Below are positions 32,337-41,570 of a stretch of DNA of 64,000 nt, piece by piece. Below the pieces are notes generated by a model that saw only the letters and a program-made list of their open reading frames with translations, searched no databases and was not told the DNA's origin. How positions within the stretch are numbered: position 1 is the stretch's first letter; every line of letters begins with the position of its first letter. This DNA is from Armatimonadota bacterium (lineage in GTDB: Bacteria > Armatimonadota > UBA5829 > DSUL01), in contig JBDHZC010000004.1 in NCBI GenBank assembly GCA_039811685.1, forward strand, positions 96,001 to 160,000, written 5' to 3'. The position numbers were made by a program, and so were the translations under genes.

Positions 32337-32819
32337 ATGATGTCCCGCGTAGTAGGTCCTTCTACTCACAATTTGGATTCTGACGATCGTCTGATCATTC
32401 CGCAAAGGATGAGAGGGTTGCTGGGTTTCAGCTTCTACCTCACAAGAGGCGTCGAAAAGTGCCTGTGGATGCTTCCGGAGCACGTTTTCGACTCCGTCGC
32501 CAGAAAATGGGACGACGACATGTCTCTCTTGGACCGTAACAGCAGGATGCTGGGCTGGCGCTTTTTCGGCCAGGCGGTCCATGTCCAGCCGGACAAACAG
32601 CATCGCATCGTAATTCCCGCAGAACTCAGAGAGTCTGTGGGCATCTCTCAGGGCCGGCAAATTCTTGCCCTGGGTGTGCTCAATCGGGTTGAGTTGTGGG
32701 ATCTGGAAACCTGGCGCGAACATGAGGCTAAGCTCGATGAAGAGCAGCTCCAAAGCGCCATTGACGCTAAATACAAAGTCGAGACGCCTTCAGCCGCTGT
32801 TAGCGCCGCAGGACTCTAG
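32337..32819 (+). CDS. mraZ: Transcriptional regulator MraZ
   Basis: First gene of dcw; two DxxxR motifs (DSDDRLIIP, DKQHRIVIP), LTRG.EKCL, NRVELWD. Confidence 0.88.
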   Translation: MMSRVVGPSTHNLDSDDRLIIPQRMRGLLGFSFYLTRGVEKCLWMLPEHVFDSVARKWDDDMSLLDRNSRMLGWRFFGQAVHVQPDKQHRIVIPAELRESVGISQGRQILALGVLNRVELWDLETWREHEAKLDEEQLQSAIDAKYKVETPSAAVSAAGL

Positions 32820-33764
32820 ATGTGCAGCGCGGACGCCCCTGTCTTTGATGAGTCAGGGAGCGCAGGGGCACAGGCGTTTCATACTCCCGCTATGCAGGAG
32901 GAGGTTGTCGCCTTTCTCCTCCCGGGTGGCGGGGGCATTTGGGTGGACAATACACTCGGCGGTGGCGGGCATGCCAGTCTTATCTGTGCTCGACTATCAC
33001 CAGATGCCATCTTTATCGGCATCGACAGAGACCCTAGAGCTCTGGAAGCCGCCGGTGTCGCCCTCCGTTCAGCCAAATGCCGGGTATTCCTGCGCCGCGC
33101 GCATTTTGCGGATGCCGCAGGTGTAATTGACGATGTGAGACGCCAGCTCGGGGAGATGGAAGCCCCGGTGAGAGGCGCGTTGTGGGATCTGGGCTTGTCC
33201 AGCGATCAGATTGATCGAGGGGAAGGATTCTCCTTTGCCGATCGCAGCGCAAAACTGGACATGCGCCAGGATCCTGATCAGACCGTGACGGCTGCCGCAG
33301 TTCTTAATGAAACGCCAGAGCGGCAGTTAGCTGATCTGATCTATCAGAACGCAGATGAGCGGTTATCCCGCAGGGTGGCCGCCGGTATCGTCAAGGCCAG
33401 GCCGCTTACGACGATGGGAGAGCTTGTGGATGCGGTGCTCAGGTCGCTTCCCCGGGATTATCGCCAGAAAGACGATGTTCTCAGGCGTACGTGCCAGGCT
33501 GTTCGAATAGCAGTCAACGGGGAGTTTGACCAGTTGCAGCAGTCGCTGGCAGATCTCGGTGGTCTGCTGGTCAAGGGTGGCAGGCTTGTTGTCCTGTCCT
33601 ATCACTCAGGCGAGGATCGCCTGGTGAAGAGGTTTTTCCGGCAAGGGCGTATCGATGGCACTCTGGAAGTGCTCACGCCAAAGCCGATGCGGCCGGATCG
33701 AGCGGAAATACGGGAGAACTCCCGCGCTCGAAGCGCTCGATTGAGGGCGGCGCAGAAGCTGTAG
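32820..33764 (+). CDS. rsmH: 16S rRNA m4C1402 methyltransferase
   Basis: TLGGGGHA, GIDRD, DLGLSS, LDMR, RIAVNGE, SYHSGEDR, RARSARLR. Confidence 0.95.
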   Translation: MCSADAPVFDESGSAGAQAFHTPAMQEEVVAFLLPGGGGIWVDNTLGGGGHASLICARLSPDAIFIGIDRDPRALEAAGVALRSAKCRVFLRRAHFADAAGVIDDVRRQLGEMEAPVRGALWDLGLSSDQIDRGEGFSFADRSAKLDMRQDPDQTVTAAAVLNETPERQLADLIYQNADERLSRRVAAGIVKARPLTTMGELVDAVLRSLPRDYRQKDDVLRRTCQAVRIAVNGEFDQLQQSLADLGGLLVKGGRLVVLSYHSGEDRLVKRFFRQGRIDGTLEVLTPKPMRPDRAEIRENSRARSARLRAAQKL

Positions 33765-33906
33765 GGAAGCGTTTTCAAGCAGGCCAGTTGGCAACTGCAA
33801 TTGAGAGGATTCGCGCTGATAGGGATGTCGGCGGCCACGCAATTTAGCGCGGCAGTTCTGAGGAATAGCAGCCATCAGAGCTCGTGCCAGGGAGGGCTTT
33901 TTCAAA

Positions 33907-34314
33907 TTGGTAGTCACATTACCGAGATCAGAAAGCGGCGTGGGGTTTGGGGTGCGCCCGGACAGCTCCAGATTTTCAGTCCGGCGCTCCAGGGGTGGCC
34001 AGAAACTTCAGCAGTTCGTCGCCACAGCCGCCGCTGGGATCGTCTTCGTGGTTGGCTGCGTCGGGGTGCATGTTTTCGGATGCATGAACCTTGACGCAGC
34101 CGCCACAGCCAAAGCTCACAGACAAAGTGAGTTGGCCAGGCTGCAGCGCTCCAATCTGCGCCTGCAATCTCGACTCGATTCTCTCGCACATCCGGATCGT
34201 CTCTCGACAGCCGCGAAGGCTCATGGCATGACGCCTGTACAGCCTTCAAGTCTGATATCGTGTCCACCGTCAGCCAGGATGGCAAAGGCGGTGGACACTC
34301 TTTCTGGAATGTAG
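33907..34314 (+). CDS. ftsL: FtsL-like cell division protein
   Basis: Position between rsmH and ftsI; TM + coiled coil + AAKAHGM; GGAGGG RBS and TTG start. Confidence 0.7.
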   Translation: MVVTLPRSESGVGFGVRPDSSRFSVRRSRGGQKLQQFVATAAAGIVFVVGCVGVHVFGCMNLDAAATAKAHRQSELARLQRSNLRLQSRLDSLAHPDRLSTAAKAHGMTPVQPSSLISCPPSARMAKAVDTLSGM

Positions 34315-34331
34315 GCAGGACGCATCCTTCT

Positions 34332-36137
34332 GTGAACAGGCTGCAGGACAAGCTGTCGAGAAAGCGGGTTGGCTTCATTTGGCCTCTGATCGTAGTGTGC
34401 TACGCTCTGTTGATGGGCCGTCTGGTCTATCTTCAGACCGCTGCCGCTTCGTCGCTGCAGATGCGCGCCTCTCAGGACAGAAAGCAGGAGACGGTGCTCG
34501 CTGCCGCGCGCGGGCGAATTCTGGATCGCAATGGCAAAGAACTCGCATTCAACATGGATGAGTGCACGGTCATTCTGCATCCAGCGCTCATCAAGGACAA
34601 AGTGCGAGCAGCCGGGATTCTTGCCAGAAATGTCGGAATCTCTCAGGCGCAAGTGCTGAAGATGCTGCGCTCTGATCGGCGCTACATTAAGCTGGATGAG
34701 CCAGTCTCAGTAGAAAGCGCTGCAAAGCTGCGGCAGGACATTCTGGCGGCAGGACCGCGAGCGAAGATCAACGGCGTGGAGACACATGTCTCAAGCCGCA
34801 GAGTGTATCCGCTGGGCTCTGTATGCTCCAAACTGGTAGGAATGGTCAATTCGCGCGGAGTGGGGACAGCGGGTGTTGAGCAGTACGCCAACGGCATTCT
34901 GGCGGGTAAGCCGGGCGCTCTGTGGGGAGATTTCGACAGGAACGGACGGCCGATTCCAACCCGTATGCGCCGTACTGTTCCCGCTGAGCCCGGCAGAGAT
35001 ATTGTCCTGACCATTGACAGCCGCATCCAGTATGCTGCGCAGAAGGCGCTGAGCGCTCAGGTGGAAAAGTTCAAAGCGCGAAGTGGTACCTGTGTTGTTC
35101 TGGATCCGAAGACCGGCGAGATTCTGGCGCTTGCTGAGGCGCCGACGTTCAATCCGGACAAACTGAAGCAGGGCGACGTGGACAAGATGACTTCGCCCTC
35201 GATGATCCATCTCTTTGAGCCAGGCTCTACAATGAAGCTGTTGACAGCGGCGGCCGCTCTGAGAAATGGCCTGCAAAATGTTACGGCGACATGCACGGGG
35301 CGAATCCCGGCAGGAAGCAAGGTGATAGCGTGCCCCTGTGCGGTGAGAAGGCACGGCGGCGGGCCAGTCACAATTGCACGGATGCTCCAGTACTCGTGCA
35401 ATACAGAGTCCAGCACGCTGGCCAGGCGCCTTGGGGCCACAAAGCTGTACGACGAGCTGAAGTTCTTTGGCATTTTTGACCAGATGGAGGTGCCGGGACT
35501 TGGGAGGACCATAGGCGGGATGGCTCCAGACCCGCACAAGTATGACTGGCCGTTTCTGCGGCTTGCCAACGTGAGTTTTGGCCAGGGGGTAGCTACAACG
35601 CGTATGAATCTGGCCTGTGCCTACGGGGCAATAGCAAACGGGGGCACTCTGCTGCGCCCCCAGCTTATCAGGCAGGTCCAGTCTGCCAGCGGATCGACAG
35701 AAAAGACCTTTGCTGTCCGTCCAATCCGCCGGATTGTGACGCAGGCGCAGTCGGCCACACTGCTCCACTATCTGGAAAACACAGTTGAGGAAGGCACGGG
35801 AAAGAACGCGCGAATTGAAGGGTATCTTGTCGGCGGAAAGACAGGGAGCGCGCAGATTCCAAAGATGGGTGGGGGAGGTTTCGAGCCAGGGGCCTATTGT
35901 TCCAGCTTCATCGGCATAGCGCCGCTGGATGACCCGAGACTCACGATTCTCGTTTCACTGGAGAAGCCTCACGGCTCAACACATGGCGCAACAGTGGCCG
36001 CGCCGGTATTTCACGAAGTAGCCGCTAAAGCTCTGTGGTACGTGGGCAAAGTCGCTTCACCGAAAACCGCCGGCGCTGCGGCTTCTGGCCGGGTTTCAAG
36101 TGTAAAGTTTGGAGGGTCCGCCACCAGACAAGGATAG
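34332..36137 (+). CDS. ftsI: Class B penicillin-binding protein (FtsI/SpoVD-like)
   Basis: RGRILDRNG, RVYPLG, LTIDSRIQ, FEPGSTMK (SxxK), SCN (SxN), GKTGSAQ; start uncertain. Confidence 0.92.
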   Translation: MNRLQDKLSRKRVGFIWPLIVVCYALLMGRLVYLQTAAASSLQMRASQDRKQETVLAAARGRILDRNGKELAFNMDECTVILHPALIKDKVRAAGILARNVGISQAQVLKMLRSDRRYIKLDEPVSVESAAKLRQDILAAGPRAKINGVETHVSSRRVYPLGSVCSKLVGMVNSRGVGTAGVEQYANGILAGKPGALWGDFDRNGRPIPTRMRRTVPAEPGRDIVLTIDSRIQYAAQKALSAQVEKFKARSGTCVVLDPKTGEILALAEAPTFNPDKLKQGDVDKMTSPSMIHLFEPGSTMKLLTAAAALRNGLQNVTATCTGRIPAGSKVIACPCAVRRHGGGPVTIARMLQYSCNTESSTLARRLGATKLYDELKFFGIFDQMEVPGLGRTIGGMAPDPHKYDWPFLRLANVSFGQGVATTRMNLACAYGAIANGGTLLRPQLIRQVQSASGSTEKTFAVRPIRRIVTQAQSATLLHYLENTVEEGTGKNARIEGYLVGGKTGSAQIPKMGGGGFEPGAYCSSFIGIAPLDDPRLTILVSLEKPHGSTHGATVAAPVFHEVAAKALWYVGKVASPKTAGAAASGRVSSVKFGGSATRQG

Positions 36138-36321
36138 GAACTTGTTTAGTATTTCGGCACCCTCCTTCAGGGACCGCGCGCCATAGCAGGAAAGGGGAAC
36201 TTGGGCGAGTCCTTTTCTTTGCTGCGCGGTCCCTTTTTTCTTTTATAATGCACAGTGCCTGTCCATGTCCCAAGTTGCTGGAAAACCGCGGACTGGCGAG
36301 CAGGCGAGAAGCGGAGTCGAG

Positions 36322-37830
36322 ATGGACACACGGGAAATTGCGGATGCTTTACCAGGCGCAAGGCTGGTCGCTGGCGGCGGGCGCACAGTCCTGTCTGTTA
36401 CGTACGATTCACGCAAAGTCGGTCCTGGGACGCTCTTTGTAGCTCTACGAGGAGCGCGTGTGGACGGCCACCGTTTCCTTGCGCAGGCTGTGGCGCAGGG
36501 AGCCTGCGCCGTTCTCGTAGAGGACACCACCGGCGTATCTGCGTTCGATGTAGATGTGATTCAAGTAGCCGATACCAGGGTGGCTCTGGCCCAGGCGGCT
36601 GTGCGCTTTTATGGCAACCCATCTGAGCGGCTGCAGATATTTGCCGTGACAGGCACCAACGGAAAGACCTCTACAACTTACCTGATTGACAGTGTTCTCA
36701 GGGCCGCTGGCAGGACGACGGGTGTTATCGGCACACTTGGCGCCAGAGTCGGCAATGAGCATATTTCCATCGCTCACACAACGCCCGAGTCCTCAGATCT
36801 TCAGCAGCTTCTGGCTCAGATGGTGAGCTCTGGTGTAGAGTCCGTAGCTATGGAGGCCAGCAGCCACGCCATTGCTCAGCACCGCATGGACGGCGTCTGC
36901 GTTGACACCGCGGTCTTCACAAATCTAACTCAGGATCATCTGGACTATCACCGAAGCATGGAAGCGTACTTTGCTGTAAAAGCGGAGTTGTTCACCAGCT
37001 TCGCTGAACGATCGGGTAAGGACTTTGCTTCCGTCATCAATGTGGATGATGAGTGGGGCAGAGAGCGCCTCTTGCCCGTTGCCCGCGGACGTATCTGCTC
37101 CTATGGTAGCGCGCCTGATGCCCTCTACCATTTTTCGAATGTGCGATCTGGGACGTCCGGCGCGAGCTTCTCGCTGCACTGCCCTCAGGGCTCTGCTCGC
37201 ATCGAACTTCGCCTGGGCGGGTTCTTCATGGTGTACAACGCCCTGGCCGCCGCAACGGCCTGCCTCGATCGCGGTATTCCGCTGGATACTGTCCGCTCCG
37301 GACTTGAGCAGGTACAGGGAGTGCCCGGCCGCTTTGAGGTGATAGAATCTGACCAGGATTTTGCTGTAATCGTTGACTATGCGCACACTCCAGATGGTCT
37401 GGAGAATGTTCTGGCCAGCGCCCGGCAGCTTGACGTCGCCCGGATTATCGCAGTGTTCGGCTGTGGAGGAGACCGTGATCCCGCCAAGCGTCCGCTGATG
37501 GGTGAAATCGCCAATCGTCTGGCTGACATCCCGATTGTAACCTCTGACAACCCTCGATCCGAATCGCCTGAGGCCATTGCGAGAGACATCCTCGAGGGAA
37601 TTCCTGCAGACGACAGGTCGCGTGTCATCGTCCAGCTTGACCGGCGAGCAGCCATCGAAGAGGCCTGTCGCCTGGCGCGCCCGGGGGATGTGGTCGTCAT
37701 AGCGGGAAAAGGCCACGAAGCGTATCAGATATTTGCTGATCGCACACTCGATTTTGACGACCGTCTGGTTGTTAAAGAAGTACTACAAAAGCTGGACGTA
37801 GTTGAACAAAAGGATGCTCTGAGGCGTTGA
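36322..37830 (+). CDS. murE: UDP-MurNAc-tripeptide synthetase (meso-DAP type)
   Basis: TGTNGKTST, MEASSH, NLTQDHLDYH, DYAHTPDG, and the DNPR motif indicating DAP specificity. Confidence 0.96.
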   Translation: MDTREIADALPGARLVAGGGRTVLSVTYDSRKVGPGTLFVALRGARVDGHRFLAQAVAQGACAVLVEDTTGVSAFDVDVIQVADTRVALAQAAVRFYGNPSERLQIFAVTGTNGKTSTTYLIDSVLRAAGRTTGVIGTLGARVGNEHISIAHTTPESSDLQQLLAQMVSSGVESVAMEASSHAIAQHRMDGVCVDTAVFTNLTQDHLDYHRSMEAYFAVKAELFTSFAERSGKDFASVINVDDEWGRERLLPVARGRICSYGSAPDALYHFSNVRSGTSGASFSLHCPQGSARIELRLGGFFMVYNALAAATACLDRGIPLDTVRSGLEQVQGVPGRFEVIESDQDFAVIVDYAHTPDGLENVLASARQLDVARIIAVFGCGGDRDPAKRPLMGEIANRLADIPIVTSDNPRSESPEAIARDILEGIPADDRSRVIVQLDRRAAIEEACRLARPGDVVVIAGKGHEAYQIFADRTLDFDDRLVVKEVLQKLDVVEQKDALRR

Positions 37831-39206
37831 CGCCCATGTCCCTGCAAGAACTGGCGGAGTTGTCTGGAGGAGTCGTCGCAGGCGGATCTTCGGCGCAGGC
37901 AGTTTTCGGGTTGGTTACGGACTCGCGCACCGTTGGGCCGGGTGAGTTATTCATTGCACTGCGGGGCCCGAACGCGGATGGACACAGTTACGTTCAAGCC
38001 GCTCTTGACCGGGGCGCGGCGGGAGTTATGGTAAGTCGGGCGTGGTATGAACAGCAGGGGTCTGTTCCAGGAACCTGTTTAGCGGTTGAAGACCCACTCG
38101 AAGCGCTGGCGCAGATGGCGGGCGCCTACCGTAGACGTTTTGACATTCCCGTAGTCGGTGTCACCGGCAGCATGGGCAAAACCAGTACGCGGGAGATGCT
38201 GGGCTCTGTCTTGCGCAGTGCGCGCCACCCGCTCATCAGCCAGGCCAATTTCAACACAGAGATCGGACTGCCGCTGACTCTGATGGACCTAAACGAAGGA
38301 CACGATGTCGCAGTGCTTGAGATGGCAATGCGTGGCCGCGGCCAGATTGCTCAGTTGTGTGAAATTGCCCGGCCCACGGCTGCGCTCATCACCAATATCG
38401 GCCTCACGCATGTAGAGCTTCTCGGGTCGCAGCACAGTATCGCCGAAGCCAAAGCAGAGCTTCTCGATAGTCTCCCCGGGAGCGGGTGGAGTGTTCTGAA
38501 TGCGGACGACGGCTATTTTGAGTTTCTAAAGAAGCGTGCTCCGGGACCCGTCATCAGCTTTGGCCTGTCGGAGAAGGCGGACTTTCGAGGAGTTGAAGTG
38601 TCTCTGCGCGAGGATGGGTGCGCGCGGTTTGTTCTGCAGGCTCGTGGCGAATCTGTACCCGTGGAACTCAACGTCCCGGGAGATTTCCACGTGCTCAACT
38701 CTCTTGCGGCAGTGGCGGCGGCCGGCCGCTTCGGCGTGTCGCTACGTCAGGCGGTTCAGGCTCTCCAGAATTATCGCGGTTTTGAGAAGCGCACCAGCGT
38801 GCGAGACTCGAGGGGTGGCTGGAAAGTGTTTGACGACACATACAACGCCAGCCCTCCCGCAATGACGGGAGCGCTCCGGGCGCTTGCAGCCATGGCAGCC
38901 AAGGGACGGAAAATCGCGGTGCTCGGGGATATGCGCGAGTTGGGCGATCATACAGACAGCGCCCATCGCTCAATTGGCGCGCTGGTGTCTGAGCTGAAGC
39001 CTGACATTCTGGTTACCGTGGGCGACTCTGCGGCGCTCATTGCCGACGTTGCTCAAGAGCTTGGGTACGACCAGCCCGTCATGCGCCATTCAACCAGTGA
39101 ACAAGCGTCAGACTTGGTTGCGTCTGTCGTCCGACCGGGAGACATTGTACTGGTCAAGGGTTCACGCGCGCTGGAAATGGAGAAGGTTGTTGAGCGGCTT
39201 CAGTAA
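37827..39206 (+). CDS. murF: UDP-MurNAc-pentapeptide synthetase
   Basis: TGSMGKTST, NFNTEIGLP, DDTYNASP, LGDMRELG, VKGSR. Confidence 0.96.
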   Translation: MTPMSLQELAELSGGVVAGGSSAQAVFGLVTDSRTVGPGELFIALRGPNADGHSYVQAALDRGAAGVMVSRAWYEQQGSVPGTCLAVEDPLEALAQMAGAYRRRFDIPVVGVTGSMGKTSTREMLGSVLRSARHPLISQANFNTEIGLPLTLMDLNEGHDVAVLEMAMRGRGQIAQLCEIARPTAALITNIGLTHVELLGSQHSIAEAKAELLDSLPGSGWSVLNADDGYFEFLKKRAPGPVISFGLSEKADFRGVEVSLREDGCARFVLQARGESVPVELNVPGDFHVLNSLAAVAAAGRFGVSLRQAVQALQNYRGFEKRTSVRDSRGGWKVFDDTYNASPPAMTGALRALAAMAAKGRKIAVLGDMRELGDHTDSAHRSIGALVSELKPDILVTVGDSAALIADVAQELGYDQPVMRHSTSEQASDLVASVVRPGDIVLVKGSRALEMEKVVERLQ

Positions 39207-40185
39207 GGCGGCGTACTTCCTGCCACTGGTGGTCTTTGTCATTACTGTCTTGATCGTGCCATCCGGAGTTCAGTGGTTGAAGCGGTTGAACTTCGGGCAG
39301 AACATCCGGGAAGACGGCCCTCAGTCGCACATCGGGAAAAAGGGCACGCCGACTATGGGTGGCATTCTCTTCATTCCTGTGGGTGTGGCCGCAACCGTCG
39401 CGGCCGACCACCTGATGCCTGGCTCAAATCCCGCCGCTGTGCTTCTGTTATCGGCTTTTGCGCTTGGCGGCCTGTTTATCGGTTGGTTAGACGATTATCT
39501 GAGCATTAAGCGTGGCAAATCGTTGGGGCTTAAGGCGCGGCAGAAGTTGATCATGCAGATAGTTCTCTGTGCTCTCTTTCTGTTTGGCGCCAGTCGTGTG
39601 GGCCCCGCGGAGCGCCTTGCCATCCCGGTAGCGGTCGAGAGTGCGTTTTCGTGGTATCACTGGCTTGTTCTTCTCATAATCTGCGTGTGGCTCATCAACG
39701 CCGCCAACATTGCGGATGGGCTGGACGGGCTGGCAGCAGCGCAAGGGGTCGTGGCAATTCTTTCAATTCTCTTTGGTGTCTGGGCGCTCAGTGGAGGCCA
39801 TCCTCAGACAGTGATTATGCCTGTGTGCATGATCGGAGCTCTTCTGGGTTTCTTGTGGTTCAACGCACCGCCAGCGCGGGTTTTCATGGGGGATACTGGG
39901 TCAATCGCTCTGGGCTGTTTTGTGGCCGGGTATGGACTGCTGAGCGCCCCCGTGAGCATCGTCCTTCTGGCCACAGCCGTATGGTCGCTGGAAGCTCTGT
40001 CTGTTGTTGTGCAGGTCAGCTATTTCAAGTTGACACATGGAAAGCGCATCTTTCGAATGGCGCCAATCCACCATCACTTTGAGCTTTGCGGTTGGCCTGA
40101 GACCCAGGTAACGGTGCGCTTTGTGATTGCGTCAATCGTTCTGGGCATTTTGGCACCAATGGCGCTGGCGGGCATCGCCAGATGA
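39190..40185 (+). CDS. mraY: Phospho-MurNAc-pentapeptide transferase
   Basis: KKGTPTMGG, GWLDD, DGLDGL, FMGDTGS, MAPIHHHFE; TTG start overlapping murF inferred. Confidence 0.95.
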   Translation: MSGFSKAAYFLPLVVFVITVLIVPSGVQWLKRLNFGQNIREDGPQSHIGKKGTPTMGGILFIPVGVAATVAADHLMPGSNPAAVLLLSAFALGGLFIGWLDDYLSIKRGKSLGLKARQKLIMQIVLCALFLFGASRVGPAERLAIPVAVESAFSWYHWLVLLIICVWLINAANIADGLDGLAAAQGVVAILSILFGVWALSGGHPQTVIMPVCMIGALLGFLWFNAPPARVFMGDTGSIALGCFVAGYGLLSAPVSIVLLATAVWSLEALSVVVQVSYFKLTHGKRIFRMAPIHHHFELCGWPETQVTVRFVIASIVLGILAPMALAGIAR

Positions 40186-41570
40186 TGAGTCTCGGTGGGA
40201 AAGGACTCCTTGTTGCGGGAGTTGGCGCGACGGGAAAAGCAGTGGCAAAAGCCGGGGATGTGCTCGGAGCGCGGGTGTTTGTCTGTGACGACACTCCGGA
40301 GAAGCTCGAAAACGCTTTAGCAGAACTTGCCCCGTTGGGCGTGTCCGCGCTGAGTCGTGAGGAAGTCCTGACGAGTGAGTTCGACCTGTGCGTCGCCAGT
40401 CCGGGCATCCCTCCCACCCATGAGCTTCTGCGTTCTCTGGAGAGACGCGGTGTGCCTGTTATTTCAGAGATAGAGCTGGCGTGGCAGCTCTCCAAAGCGC
40501 CAGTTGCAGCCATCACCGGTACTAATGGCAAGTCCACGACAACAGTCCTTGCCGGAAAGATGATGGAAGCTGCCGGGCGCAAGACCTACATTGGTGGCAA
40601 TCTCAGTGCTGAAGGCTATGACCTTCCGCTCATAAGCGCCGCTCTGGAAGCACAATCTGGCGACGTGCTCGTCGCTGAGGTCTCCAGCTTCCAACTCGAG
40701 CGCTGTTACCAATTTCGCCCTGTAGTGGCTGCCCTGCTCAACATCACCCCGGACCATTGCAACCGCTACGACTCGCTGGAAGATTATGCGCAGGCCAAAA
40801 TGCGGATGTTCCAGGCGCAAAGCCCCGCGGACGTTGCGGTGCTGGGTTGGGACGACGATCTCGTCCGCAGATTGAGCGAGCAAATCCCTTCCCGAAAGCT
40901 CTGGTTTTCATCGCAGTCCGAGGTAGCGGAAGGAGCCTTTCTCCGTGGTGAGGAGCTCATCCTGCGAACTCACTCGCAGGAGAAAACTATCGCCCTGACG
41001 TCGGAGATGAAAATGTGGGCGCAGTATGATTGGAAGAATACTCTGGCTGCTGCGTGTATCGCCTGTGGGATCGGCGCTCCAATCGAGGCTGCGCGCACAG
41101 TCGCTGTGAGCTTTGAGGGACTTCCCCACAGGATGGAGGATTGTGGTAGTATTGGCGGTGTCCGGTGGTTCAATAATTCGATGTGCACAAATCCGGCTGC
41201 GGGGAGTAACGCAGTCCAGGCTGTAGCCAGAGAGTTTCCGACCATTGTCATCGCTGGAGGCGCCCAGAAGGGTCTGGATTACGCAGATTGGGGGTGCGAC
41301 GTTGCGCGCGCCGCCAAAGCGTTGATCCTGATCGGACAGGACTCTGGCATACTGGCTGAAGCCGCCAATCAGGCCGGTATGAGAGATGTCCGCAAAGTGG
41401 CTGACCTGAAGGCGGCCATGGAGTTGGCTCGCACGAAGGCTCAGCCAGGCGACGCAGTCTTGATGGCGCCGGCTATGGCCAGTTTCGATAGCTTTACGAA
41501 CTTCCGGGAGCGTGGCCAGAAATTCAAAGAGATTTGTGAGTCTTTTCGCACGGAGGCGAACAGTGTCTGA
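40182..41570 (+). CDS. murD: UDP-MurNAc-L-Ala--D-Glu ligase
   Basis: SPGIP, TGTNGKSTTT, EVSSFQL, NITPDH, ASFDSF.NFRERG. Confidence 0.95.
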   Translation: MMSLGGKGLLVAGVGATGKAVAKAGDVLGARVFVCDDTPEKLENALAELAPLGVSALSREEVLTSEFDLCVASPGIPPTHELLRSLERRGVPVISEIELAWQLSKAPVAAITGTNGKSTTTVLAGKMMEAAGRKTYIGGNLSAEGYDLPLISAALEAQSGDVLVAEVSSFQLERCYQFRPVVAALLNITPDHCNRYDSLEDYAQAKMRMFQAQSPADVAVLGWDDDLVRRLSEQIPSRKLWFSSQSEVAEGAFLRGEELILRTHSQEKTIALTSEMKMWAQYDWKNTLAAACIACGIGAPIEAARTVAVSFEGLPHRMEDCGSIGGVRWFNNSMCTNPAAGSNAVQAVAREFPTIVIAGGAQKGLDYADWGCDVARAAKALILIGQDSGILAEAANQAGMRDVRKVADLKAAMELARTKAQPGDAVLMAPAMASFDSFTNFRERGQKFKEICESFRTEANSV

